DNA of 62,025 bases, the filler included. It is 5 parts of 5 records of this genome, joined end to end, with 100 filler letters (N's around TTAATTAATTAA, not from the genome) between each part and the next. Parts side by side here need not be neighbours in the genome. Positions count along the whole stretch, not along the records: positions 1 to 19,512 come from SRR31156797_2052; positions 19,613 to 31,127 come from SRR31156797_2059; 3 more parts are not named here. One strand, written 5' to 3'. Both the position numbers and the translations under genes were made by a program. The stretch's first letter is position 1, and each line of letters opens with the position of its first letter. Below, piece after piece: positions 10,678 through 20,347 of the stretch. The notes below the pieces were generated by a model that saw only the letters and a list, made by a program, of their open reading frames with translations, did no database searches and was not told the origin of the DNA.

Positions 10678-11607
10678 ATGTTCTGGCGGAAAAAAAGAAA
10701 AAAAACACCATCGAGTTCAACTAAAATCGTTCCGGGCAGGCATCTGTCTGAAAATCCAGGACGGGGATTTGACACGGCCCTGCCGGCCTCCGATCCGGCC
10801 CATGCCCAGGGAATTGCCAGGGAAGCCATATGCAGTGAATGCGGATGCAGCGGGGGCCATGAGGTCATTGGCGGCTCGACCTGGGTGAGAACGCTTTTGG
10901 ATCACACCCGGGAGGGATTCCGGATTCAGTTGATGGAATGCCGCCAGTGCAAGGCATTGAACCCCATTGTATTCAAAGCCTACGAAGACGGCAGCATTGA
11001 TAAACAGATAAAATCAGTTGAAGATGGGATGAAAAACCAGGATGAAAAGACCCGGGCCGGTCTCCTGGGAAGCCCGGGCGGATTTCCGGTCATGCATGTG
11101 GCCCGGGGGGGGGAACCCGGTGAATACATGCACAAGGTCATCAATCCCGAGAACTATACCACCCGGTCCAAAAAATTTCACATGTCCTATAAAATCTGTA
11201 CGTGTCCGGAATGTGACGCCATCGGAACCGTTGGATTGTTTCAGATGAAAAAATTCGGTGGCATCGGAACCATGGTTTGCGGGAATTGCGGCAATGTGGT
11301 CCGCTCTGTTGAGCACGGCAGTCTGGTTGAAAACCTGAAACCTGAAAACACGGATCACTTTATGACACTGGCGGAGAAAGAGACGGACTGGATCAAAGAA
11401 TCCCCTTTGTTTGAATCGTCAAATTTAGTCTGCAGATATTGTGACAAGGAAAAATTCATTGTGAAATACTTGAGAAGCGGTAAGGGTTCAATTGTCTGCG
11501 CCGGGTGTGGTAACGTTGCATTCCTTCTGCACGAAGGCGAAGAACTCCAGGTCTACAATCTGCCCGAAGATATTCTGGACCCCTGGTTTGAATCCGCCGG
11601 CGGATAA
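10678..11607 (+). CDS. Cys-rich hypothetical protein with three putative zinc ribbons
   Basis: Six CxxC motifs in three pairs (CSEC/CRQC, CPEC/CGNC, CRYC/CAGC); RBS AAGGAG. Confidence 0.75.
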   Translation: MFWRKKRKKTPSSSTKIVPGRHLSENPGRGFDTALPASDPAHAQGIAREAICSECGCSGGHEVIGGSTWVRTLLDHTREGFRIQLMECRQCKALNPIVFKAYEDGSIDKQIKSVEDGMKNQDEKTRAGLLGSPGGFPVMHVARGGEPGEYMHKVINPENYTTRSKKFHMSYKICTCPECDAIGTVGLFQMKKFGGIGTMVCGNCGNVVRSVEHGSLVENLKPENTDHFMTLAEKETDWIKESPLFESSNLVCRYCDKEKFIVKYLRSGKGSIVCAGCGNVAFLLHEGEELQVYNLPEDILDPWFESAGG

Positions 11608-11658
11608 TACAAAGATGTCATTGAAAAAACCAAATAGCTGAACAGGATAGGAGAGTCC

Positions 11659-14340
11659 ATGGGTAATAAAACAATGCTTATCACAGGTGATGTATCCTGC
11701 GATGTCAATATTTACAAAGGAGACAAAACCTTTTCCAAAGAATCAGGGTTAGGCACCGCCATTAAAAAGGAAGCCGGCGGCGCTCATCTTCTTTTCCGGC
11801 TGATTGAAGCGATAAAAAAACAGGAGACATCATCTTCTGACTATACACCGCATTTCGGGTTTAAAAAAGAGTTGACAAGGCGGCTGGCTTCGTTTCCCGG
11901 AAATTTAACCAGTTATGCCACCTGGCAGCCCTTTGGCAAGCGTCAGGGGTGGAAGGTATTTGATCTCCTGGGGTTTGGCAATGAGCCCTCCCCCCCTTCC
12001 CAAAAGAAAAAAGCGACTCTTTTTTTTGAAACCCACCTGGATACGGACCTGAAAAACCCGGAGATCCTTGTGGTGGATGACGGGGCTGGCCGGTTTCGGA
12101 ATCAACCCTACCTGTGGGAACATCTGTTCCAGAATGAATCTCGGTTCGAGCATATTATCCTCAAAATGGCATCACCCGTGGCCAAAGGAAAGCTGTTCAA
12201 CCGTTTGCTTAAACTTCAAACCGCACCCCCTTCCCTTTTGATCATCACATCCCTGGATGAAATCCGCCGGGAAGACGTCCTGATTTCAAAAGGGGTCTCC
12301 TGGGAGCAGACCGCCCTTGATCTGGTGTATGAACTCAACAGCAGTGCAAGGCTGCGGCACCTGCTTTTTGCAAAACACCTGATCATTACCATGGGGTCCG
12401 AGGGGGCGCTGTACATGACCCTGGAAAAGGGACGCATGGTGAAAGCACGCCTGGTGTTCGATCCTGCGGTCCAGGAAGGGGAATGGGAAATAAGCCGTGG
12501 AATGGCCGGCGGTGTGATCGGGCTGATGTCCTGTTTTACAGCCGGTGTGGTTGCCGAATTCATGTCGGGTTCCGATAATTTTGATTTTGCCGTCACCCGC
12601 GGGCTATCCGCCCAGCGCCGGTACAAGCTCACCGGACACGGGTTTGACTCCCGTGAATTCCCGTTTAAAACCATTGCCGCCGATATTGTAAATCCCAAAA
12701 CCGATTGGTTTGCATCGGCCGTGGTTCCCATTCCGAAAAATACAGCCGAAAAAACTCCCGATATCACCGGGCTGAAGTTTAAAAATCTACCCTGGACCAT
12801 TTTAGAGGGCAACTACCTGCCGGAAAAAGAGAAGCAACCGCTGTATGATGTGGGGTTCCGACTGGCCGTCATGGGAGAAAATGAGATGGCAAACGTGCCC
12901 CATCTCAAGGTCAACTATTTCATGACCTACGACCGCAGTGAAATAGAATCCCTGCGCAACCTGAACAACCTGATCAGCGACTATCTTGCAAACGATAAAG
13001 GGAAAAAACCGCTGTCCCTGGCAGTTTTTGGCGCACCCGGCGCGGGAAAATCCTTTGCCGTCAACCAGATAGCCGAATCCCGGGGCATGGCCTTTGTTGA
13101 ATTCAACCTCTCCCAGTTCGAAGATGTCAATGAGCTGACCGGGGCATTTCACCAGGTTCGGGATGTTGTGCTGACCGGGAAAACACCGATCATTTTCTGG
13201 GATGAGTTTGACTCCCAGAATTTTCGCTGGCTTCAATATCTTCTGGCGCCTATGCAGGACGGAAAATTCCAGGAAGGCCAGATCACCCACCCCATTGGCA
13301 AGTGTATTTTTATTTTCGCCGGAGGAACCAGCTATACCTTCCAGACATTCGGCACGCCTGCCCCGGATTATCCAGATGCCAAAGACAAGGAATATGATCT
13401 AAAAAAACAGGTGTATGAAAATCAGCTCAAGCGGTTCCAAGAGTTTAAACTGAAAAAAGGGCCCGATTTCAAGAGCCGGCTTACTGGATATCTCAATGTC
13501 CTGGGCCCCAACCAGCTGGAAAGACTGGATAGATTCGGTAATGTAATCCTGGATGAAAAAGAAAAAACACCGGTAAAAGACAACAATGACATTTTCTTCC
13601 CCGTACGGCGGGCCTTGTTCATCCGGGCGATCTTCGGCAAAAAAAGCAATGAGGTACTGGAAGGCGACACCGGCCTGATCTACGCACTATTGCGGGTGGA
13701 TAAATTCAAACACGGGTCCCGCTCCTTGGAAAAAATCCTGAGTCAATTAAAAATTAAAAACAACGGGCAGATCAAACGCTCCGGACTACCGGCTTTTAAT
13801 GTACTCTCCATGCTGGTGGATTATGATGAGTTTATCGGTCTTATGGATGAAAAAGACGATTTTGAGAACCAAGCCCACACCATTGCCCCCCACATTCATG
13901 CCAACTGGATGAAAATAGGTGATACAGATGGATGGAAGATGGAGTATCATAAACCCTATCCAATGCTGCCCAGCCACTTGAAAGGAGAGAATATTGCAGC
14001 GGCATCCCGAATCCGGGAAATCTTAAACCTTGCCGGACTCAAAGCTGTCCGAAAGGAGGAGGCTGATTTTTATGAGACTGTTGACTTTGAAAAAATCCTC
14101 CAAAACAAGGCCACATTAACAATGATGGCCAAGGAGGAACACGCTGGGTGGATAGCGTATAAAGAATCGCAGCAATGGGAACCGTCAAAAATCCGGAATG
14201 ACGATCAAAAAATGCATAATTGCATGGTCGAATGGGAAAAACTGTCTATAAATGAAAAAAACAAAGACAAAGACGCCGTTAGAAATTATCCTGATGGTTT
14301 AAAACGGGCAGGCTTTATCATTGTCCGGGCTGATGAATAA
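11659..14340 (+). CDS. PfkB-like N-terminal domain + AAA ATPase + C-terminal RyR (ryanodine receptor repeat) domain protein
   Basis: LITGDVSCD..EAGGA start (ribokinase-like); GAPGAGKS and IIFWDEFD; C-terminal IHANW..PYPMLP..EN and AKEEHAGW..W..MHNCMVEWEKLSINEKNKD typical of RyR repeats; RBS AGGAG. Confidence 0.8.
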   Translation: MGNKTMLITGDVSCDVNIYKGDKTFSKESGLGTAIKKEAGGAHLLFRLIEAIKKQETSSSDYTPHFGFKKELTRRLASFPGNLTSYATWQPFGKRQGWKVFDLLGFGNEPSPPSQKKKATLFFETHLDTDLKNPEILVVDDGAGRFRNQPYLWEHLFQNESRFEHIILKMASPVAKGKLFNRLLKLQTAPPSLLIITSLDEIRREDVLISKGVSWEQTALDLVYELNSSARLRHLLFAKHLIITMGSEGALYMTLEKGRMVKARLVFDPAVQEGEWEISRGMAGGVIGLMSCFTAGVVAEFMSGSDNFDFAVTRGLSAQRRYKLTGHGFDSREFPFKTIAADIVNPKTDWFASAVVPIPKNTAEKTPDITGLKFKNLPWTILEGNYLPEKEKQPLYDVGFRLAVMGENEMANVPHLKVNYFMTYDRSEIESLRNLNNLISDYLANDKGKKPLSLAVFGAPGAGKSFAVNQIAESRGMAFVEFNLSQFEDVNELTGAFHQVRDVVLTGKTPIIFWDEFDSQNFRWLQYLLAPMQDGKFQEGQITHPIGKCIFIFAGGTSYTFQTFGTPAPDYPDAKDKEYDLKKQVYENQLKRFQEFKLKKGPDFKSRLTGYLNVLGPNQLERLDRFGNVILDEKEKTPVKDNNDIFFPVRRALFIRAIFGKKSNEVLEGDTGLIYALLRVDKFKHGSRSLEKILSQLKIKNNGQIKRSGLPAFNVLSMLVDYDEFIGLMDEKDDFENQAHTIAPHIHANWMKIGDTDGWKMEYHKPYPMLPSHLKGENIAAASRIREILNLAGLKAVRKEEADFYETVDFEKILQNKATLTMMAKEEHAGWIAYKESQQWEPSKIRNDDQKMHNCMVEWEKLSINEKNKDKDAVRNYPDGLKRAGFIIVRADE

Positions 14341-14383
14341 AAAATATTGCCAAACTAGTCACCACTTGCCAATTTATGAAAAA

Positions 14384-14422
14384 AATGTGATTGGTTCTGA
14401 AATCATCAGAATCAATCACATT
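14384..14422. terminator. 17-bp stem hairpin after the RyR-domain gene (terminator or operator)
   Basis: AATGTGATTGGTTCTGA-aatca-TCAGAATCAATCACATT, one G:T pair. Confidence 0.55.
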
Positions 14423-14694
14423 ATCAGTAGAATCGGCCGGTGCAAGGGGAAATAATTATCCAACACATAATTCCAATATCATTATTCTTGTCAAAATAAT
14501 CCCGAACCTGCAAATAACAGGATACAAAAATTCTTTATTGAGATTTTGAACAAGTAAAACCTCAACAAGTCACAAACCCGATCAACACCGCTAGAAGAAT
14601 AAAAACAATAGAATCTGTTTTTCCCTGCAATTTAAACGAATTGCCGCTGATCCCAGGCGTTTTCTCAGCTTTCCAGGCATGCCTCCATTTCCGT

Positions 14695-14710
14695 TGGTTT
14701 TCAGATTGCT
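14695..14710 (+). promoter_or_regulatory. candidate sigma54 promoter for the Hsp90-like pair
   Basis: TGGTTTTCAGATTGCT: GG (14696-14697)-N10-GC (14708-14709), about 65 bp before the RBS-supported ATG at 14774. Confidence 0.62.
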
Positions 14711-14773
14711 TTGTATCAAGCTGCCATGAGAACAAAGGACTCAAAACGACGAATTCAAGCTTTAGGAGGAAGG

Positions 14774-16684
14774 ATGACAGATCAGAAAATAAGTGTTGAG
14801 GAAATCCGGAAGGATATCACAACCATTGCAGAAAAAGGAATTGGGGTGGACCGCAGGCAGCTTTTAAAAGACATGTGCACCCAGTTTACAGACTATTGGG
14901 AATGGCTCAGGGAATACTGCGTCAATGCATCGGATGCCCTGGCCGAGCACTGTATTGTCACCATTGAAGAACAGGAAGAAAAATTTTGCATTATTTTCGA
15001 AGATGATGGCCATGGCATGCCCAAGGATATGGTGCTTGTTTTTATGACCCTGTTCAAATCCGTCAAATTCGGTGAGCCCAAAAAAACAGTGGGCTGCCAC
15101 GGGGTAGGAAAACTCAGTGTATTTGCCAGCGATTATCTGACCGGCTTTGCCATGACCACATCCACCGGGAAAGAGTGCTGGCAGATGAGAACCGGCTCCT
15201 TTCTTAATGATATTCCCATAACCATCAACCAGATAGAACCCGTCCCCCGACAGGGAACCCGGTTTGAAATCGAGTATGAGAAAATGCTTTCCCTTGAACA
15301 GCTTGTATCAAAAGCCAGACAGATTCTTCAAAAGTACTGCCAGTATCTGTCCATGCAGATTCTTCTCAAGTCCAGAAGTGTTGATCCCGGCGGAGATTCC
15401 AAGGAATTGATCAAGTCAAGCTGGCATTACGGCCCCGAAAAAATGGCCCAAACATACCAGGGAGAAGATTACTGGGGAAAATACGAAGTCATTATCGGGA
15501 TCAATAAGGGGCGCCAGACTGTGTATCAAAACCGGGTGCTGGTATCTGATAATTATAATCTGCTGACCATTGACGGGACCAAAGGGCTTCATCTGCCGGG
15601 CCTGGATATCCGGGTAAACAGTTCGGATTTCACGCTCAATTTCGGGCGCAATAAGTTAACCAATGAAGTATTTTTACTCTCTATCGCATCAAAAATTCGT
15701 AAAACCTTTATCCCCGATTATTTCAACCGGCTGGCAGAACTATACACCTCCGGTGCCGGCAAAGAAATCGGCATCGGATACCCACAGATAGAATCCCTGG
15801 CCTGCGGAATCCTGAGGTACAAAATTCCATGGATCAGATCGGCACTGGAATTGCCCATTTTCAGGCTTAAAAACAGGCCCCATAGCTCTTCTTTTTCCCA
15901 GATAGAGGATCAAGTGAAACGTACCGGTAAACTCTACCTTGAGAATCCGGATTCAACCGGTATTGATTTTTCGGTATACGACGGCCCGGTATTATCCTTG
16001 AGCCAGCCCCCGGACGGTCTGAATTTTTTGAAAAACAAATTCTCCGGCTATCTCATCAATCTGGGATTGAATGATGTGGTTATGGAAATACCCGAGACAG
16101 CCGGAAAAGCACTGGGACGAAAGGAACTGGCCTTTGAAAAAAAACTGGGATTCCAACCCGGCAGTTTAAACGGGCGGATTCCGCCGGCAAAATCTAAAAA
16201 AACAGGCCAAAGGGGCAGCATCTCAAAGGCGGTTGAATTCTACACGGCACTGCAAAAGGAAGGATTTCTTGACAAAGTCTGTGAAGAATCCAGGGAGGCA
16301 CAAACCGACCTTGAGCATCTGAAATGGAAAGTCAATTATCTGGTGGAACGGGATGGTAAGACACCCAATAAAAATCATAAATTCCTGGTAAACGGCAATA
16401 CCATTGTTCTGAACCTGAACCATACTGAAATTCAGCAGCTTTTAACATTGTCCGAAAATTCAGGAAATCTGGCCGGCCACTGGGCCATGGCCATCTGTCT
16501 ATGTGAAGGAAATTGTATTCTGAAACACCTGACCCCGGAGGCACGTGAAGATTTGCTGATCATTGATGCCATGTCACGCTGCGGCAGGGACGAAAATTTT
16601 GAAACAAACGACACGCCCCCCAAGCCCTATGAAACCAATCCGGATTTCGACCTTGAACTCGATCACATAGGCCGCTGGCTTTAG
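14774..16684 (+). CDS. Hsp90/HtpG-like GHKL ATPase, paralog 1
   Basis: REYCVNASDA, EDDGHGM, GCHGVGKLS, GTRF; middle-domain LNFGRN; C-terminal LNLNHTEI. Start moved from the track's 14711 to ATG 14774, which follows AGGAGG. Confidence 0.8.
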   Translation: MTDQKISVEEIRKDITTIAEKGIGVDRRQLLKDMCTQFTDYWEWLREYCVNASDALAEHCIVTIEEQEEKFCIIFEDDGHGMPKDMVLVFMTLFKSVKFGEPKKTVGCHGVGKLSVFASDYLTGFAMTTSTGKECWQMRTGSFLNDIPITINQIEPVPRQGTRFEIEYEKMLSLEQLVSKARQILQKYCQYLSMQILLKSRSVDPGGDSKELIKSSWHYGPEKMAQTYQGEDYWGKYEVIIGINKGRQTVYQNRVLVSDNYNLLTIDGTKGLHLPGLDIRVNSSDFTLNFGRNKLTNEVFLLSIASKIRKTFIPDYFNRLAELYTSGAGKEIGIGYPQIESLACGILRYKIPWIRSALELPIFRLKNRPHSSSFSQIEDQVKRTGKLYLENPDSTGIDFSVYDGPVLSLSQPPDGLNFLKNKFSGYLINLGLNDVVMEIPETAGKALGRKELAFEKKLGFQPGSLNGRIPPAKSKKTGQRGSISKAVEFYTALQKEGFLDKVCEESREAQTDLEHLKWKVNYLVERDGKTPNKNHKFLVNGNTIVLNLNHTEIQQLLTLSENSGNLAGHWAMAICLCEGNCILKHLTPEAREDLLIIDAMSRCGRDENFETNDTPPKPYETNPDFDLELDHIGRWL

Positions 16685-16716
16685 CCTCCCTCATATTTCA
16701 ATGGAAAGGAAAAAAA

Positions 16717-18654
16717 ATGAAAAATAATACAACAATAATCGACACGATTACCTTGAAACGCGGAATGAAAATCGACCGGAATGAGGCATGGCGTAAACTG
16801 ACCCACAGGCAGCACGGCGGGAATCCGGCCAGGGGCATGGGAGAGCTTGCCCAGAACGGCTTTGACGGCTATGATTCCGATGTGGACTGGCTGGATCGCA
16901 AACTGGAGATCAACTCCGGCGCCGGGTCCATCAGCATCGTTGACTATGGTGCAGGAATGAGCCGGGAAAAACTAAAGCTTCTGGTGACACTGGGGGGAAC
17001 GGACAAGACCAACGATAAGACAAAACTCGGCCAATTCGGAATCGGCTTTTGCAGCATGTTTCATCCCGCGCTGGGGACACAGAACGTGGTCGTCCAGACC
17101 AGGTGCGAAGGCCATGCTGTCGAGCTTATGTTTACGGTAATTGAGCAGGGAAAAATCCCGAAAATAGAAGCCCGCCTCCTGGAAAAAAAACTGCCATTTG
17201 CCACCCGGATCGCAGTGACCTTTGACAACTTCGGTTCCCCCGATGACTGCCTGGAATATGCCCGGAAATGGTTAAAAAGCCTTCCATGCAATGTGAGAAT
17301 CAACGGAAAGGTATACCCGTCCATCTGGGAGGAGGCACGGCAGCAGGGACTTCCTGTCTTTGAATCCGGGCAATGCATGGGATTTGTCAAGCCGAGCAGC
17401 TGGCGCTGCGGTCAGGTCGCACTACTTAGAAGATTTGAAAAGGTGATGGATTTATCCATAGAAGCCTTGATGACCGGCGGCCACAGCATTAAATACGACT
17501 TGCGGGACTGGGCTCGTAAGGAAACACCATTTGTGGACGATGTCACCATCACCATCAACTGCAACGACCTGAGCGTGCCCATCAGCAGGGACGGATTTTA
17601 CCTGGACGCCGCCTACACCCGGATGACACGTGTTGTCAACGAGCAATTGCTTCTCCGACTTGCGGAGAAGCTCGAGTTTCAGCAAGATCATGCCGTTGTC
17701 AGGGCCAATCATTATGTGCTGAAAAATAAAATTGGAAACTATGTAAACCGGAAATTAAAAAAGGCGGATACCAGCGACATTGACCCCGTTATTAAAACTC
17801 TGGCAAAGGCAAAAATATACCCGGTCAATGGAAAAGCGGAAAAATATTCTCTTCTGGATATCGCGATAAAAAGGACCGATGACCTGCCTGTTTTTTACTC
17901 TCCGAAGCAGACGAACCTTAGGTGGCTTGGCGGGGCGTTCAAACATGATTTTATTGTCCTGCCGCCCTGGCAGGGTACCGGAAGCATTTCGGCACCTGGT
18001 TTTTATGATACGTTTTTCAGACGGATTTTCTCCGATGTGGTAAACCTTGATGAAGTCGAATATGACCACGATAAAATGGCGGATCTGGTGAAGCGGGATA
18101 TCATCTGCAAAGAATCTTTATCTCCCAACCTCCATTTGACAAAAATCAGAAAACTAAATGAGAAGGAACTGGGCTGTATCCGTAAAATTGACCGGGTACT
18201 CTCCCATGATGCCGTTAAAAAAGCCATAGCCAAAAATCTCAACCTTCAGGTCTCTGAAATCAAGGCTGCTTTTTTTGAACTTGAACAATCCGGGGGCGTA
18301 ATTGCCACGGGATTTCTGGATGAAGACGGCACACCCCTTGAAGAAGAGTATTACACCAATTTTGCCCAGCAGGATGACACCCGAACCACTGAAACGGCAA
18401 AACCCATCCTGCTGGGACTGCAGAAGGACAACCCCCTGATTGACTCCCTGATCGGTACCGGAGACCCGGATATGCCGTATTACCTGCTTATGTACCTTGT
18501 TCAGGAGCTTTCGATGTGCCAAAAATTGCTTGTTCCTTATTCCAGGTATTTCCATGTGGTTAAAACTCGGCTTGCCAAAGATCTTCGCCAGGCACTGATT
18601 GATCAGTTTCTATCCGAAATGACGGAGGATAGAAAAATGGAAACCGTCAAATAG
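16717..18654 (+). CDS. Hsp90/HtpG-like GHKL ATPase, paralog 2
   Basis: ELAQNGFD, VDYGAGM, GQFGIGFCS; middle-domain VPISRDG; C-terminal LQKDNPLI. Confidence 0.82.
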   Translation: MKNNTTIIDTITLKRGMKIDRNEAWRKLTHRQHGGNPARGMGELAQNGFDGYDSDVDWLDRKLEINSGAGSISIVDYGAGMSREKLKLLVTLGGTDKTNDKTKLGQFGIGFCSMFHPALGTQNVVVQTRCEGHAVELMFTVIEQGKIPKIEARLLEKKLPFATRIAVTFDNFGSPDDCLEYARKWLKSLPCNVRINGKVYPSIWEEARQQGLPVFESGQCMGFVKPSSWRCGQVALLRRFEKVMDLSIEALMTGGHSIKYDLRDWARKETPFVDDVTITINCNDLSVPISRDGFYLDAAYTRMTRVVNEQLLLRLAEKLEFQQDHAVVRANHYVLKNKIGNYVNRKLKKADTSDIDPVIKTLAKAKIYPVNGKAEKYSLLDIAIKRTDDLPVFYSPKQTNLRWLGGAFKHDFIVLPPWQGTGSISAPGFYDTFFRRIFSDVVNLDEVEYDHDKMADLVKRDIICKESLSPNLHLTKIRKLNEKELGCIRKIDRVLSHDAVKKAIAKNLNLQVSEIKAAFFELEQSGGVIATGFLDEDGTPLEEEYYTNFAQQDDTRTTETAKPILLGLQKDNPLIDSLIGTGDPDMPYYLLMYLVQELSMCQKLLVPYSRYFHVVKTRLAKDLRQALIDQFLSEMTEDRKMETVK

Positions 18655-18658
18655 AATA

Positions 18659-19270
18659 ATGCCCCACCTTTTACCGCCATATAAGCCATGGATCATTCCC
18701 GCGGTCTGCAGTATGCTCTATATCAGGTGTATGATCCTGATAAGCCGGCACCTGAAGCTGGCTGTCATTAACAACTGCCTTGACGTGGACTACCTTACCC
18801 ATTGGAAACTTGGAAGCCCGTTTGAAACCCTGGATAATTTGGACGCCCTGGTATTCTGGGGCGCCCATATCATATACTGGGGACTGGAAATCATCTTATT
18901 TGCATGGTGCTTCAATACAACCAAGGCAAAAAACAATTGGCGGGAATCTGTATCCAATGTATGTATATTCACGGCCACCGGAATGATGATTTTCTATATG
19001 GTTCTTATCTTCTGCATGTTTTCGCTTGCCGTCCATGAAGGTTATCACCCCACAGCGGATACCATATACAGGACGAATCACGGGCCGTGGCATTCTGTTT
19101 CCCACCTGGGGTTCATGGTGTTTTATGAATTACTCATCATGGCCGGCGGAACAATCATTGCCCTGGGCGGTCTGCTTATCCGGTTCACCCTTCAGGGCAT
19201 GGTAATCTCTTTCATGGGTATTGTACTGCTCTGGTTTCATGTGAGCAATCTGCTATGGCTAATTGATTAG
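18659..19270 (+). CDS. hypothetical integral membrane protein (about 5 TM segments)
   Basis: Hydrophobic segments throughout; starts 4 nt after the upstream stop codon. Confidence 0.6.
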   Translation: MPHLLPPYKPWIIPAVCSMLYIRCMILISRHLKLAVINNCLDVDYLTHWKLGSPFETLDNLDALVFWGAHIIYWGLEIILFAWCFNTTKAKNNWRESVSNVCIFTATGMMIFYMVLIFCMFSLAVHEGYHPTADTIYRTNHGPWHSVSHLGFMVFYELLIMAGGTIIALGGLLIRFTLQGMVISFMGIVLLWFHVSNLLWLID

Positions 19271-19440
19271 ATCAATTGTCAAACAGACATTAAATCATAA
19301 TTCATGCTGTTCTTCCTTTGATCAGATTAATTCCCTTGCCAAAGCTCCATAAAATTTAAGGGGAATATAAGATTCATATTTGAGTTGATAGATAATACCG
19401 AGATCTGTTAGCCTGCCTGCAATAATGGGAGGATACAACA

Positions 19441-19512
19441 ATGAGATCGACAAATGGCCTAACATCACCACCAAAAGCAAATTTGGCTTTCCGTACCGGC
19501 ATAGTCGGCCAC
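19441..19512 (+). CDS. partial CDS truncated by the contig end, possible SLOG/YpsA-like N-terminus
   Basis: RBS GGGAGG then MRSTNGLTSPPKANLAFRTGIVGH; resembles the hRhGhxGHR start motif. Only 24 codons visible. Not in the ORF track. Confidence 0.45.
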
Positions 19513-19612
19513 NNNNNNNNNNNNNNNNNNNNNNNNNNNNNNNNNNNNNNNNNNNNTTAATTAATTAANNNNNNNNNNNNNNNNNNNNNNNNNNNNNNNN
19601 NNNNNNNNNNNN
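19513..19612. other. artificial contig spacer
   Basis: N-run + TTAATTAATTAA (stops in all six frames) + N-run. Confidence 0.98.
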
Positions 19613-20340
19613 GCCGATTGCGATCCAAGGTCATCACTTTCTGAGACCACATTTATTTTATGTGAATTTCCTGTTTCGATTGCCCAATCGATTACAGCAT
19701 CCCAATAACGAATTTTATCTTCAACAATAATATCCAATAAGCCTTCAACTCCGTATGGATCCATCATAGTATCTAAAAACCAGTTTTCATAACCTCTTAT
19801 TCTTAAACTGTTTTCTGTTAAACCAGCTGTATTCCGGTCCGCAATCCAGCAAAAATCGCCAACTTTCATTATCTGTTTGTCCAAATCACTATTTAGTTCA
19901 GACACATAATAATCCCAGTCATAACGAGGTATTAAATCCAATGAATCCAATAAAGATGTGCTATTCTCAATTGGAGATGAAACCATGTTGAAATACACAT
20001 CCTTTCCTTTCTCATACCTCCACGTACAACCATAAAAATCGGTTACTTCGGTTATATTTCCATTAATCCTTTTGTTCTTACTAAGTTCAGGAATACGTTT
20101 CGCTCCTAACCTTCGGGTGTCTGATTTTAACTTAAGCAGATTCCCTTCCGATGGAGTTACTATCTGTTGAATGGGATCAATCTCGTCATTACCAATCTCA
20201 GGAGATAAATCGCGAAACTGCATTGCACGTACATATGCATTTCGGGTTATTGTTGTAACATTTGTTCCCCCTAAATCATAAGGAACCCGGTCTGGCTCCT
20301 GATGATCCAAACTCTTTAACACTCTTTCTCTACTATTCAT
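19613..20340 (-). CDS. uroporphyrinogen decarboxylase (UroD/MtaA/CmuA)-family protein, 3' truncated
   Basis: MNSRERVLKSLDHQEPDRVPYDLGG, TDFYGCTW, RGYENWFLD..DP, SDDLGSQ. Start set at ATG 20340. Confidence 0.85.
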
Positions 20341-20347
20341 AATAGTT

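Noticed and set aside
14711-14773. Upstream TTG start for the first Hsp90-like gene
   Set aside because: It abuts the sigma54 -12 box and has no RBS; ATG 14774 has AGGAGG.
945-19105. Many short ORFs nested in or antisense to the long genes of contig 1
   Set aside because: Shadow frames with no motifs, overlapping well-supported CDSs. The same applies to nested ORFs in the other contigs.
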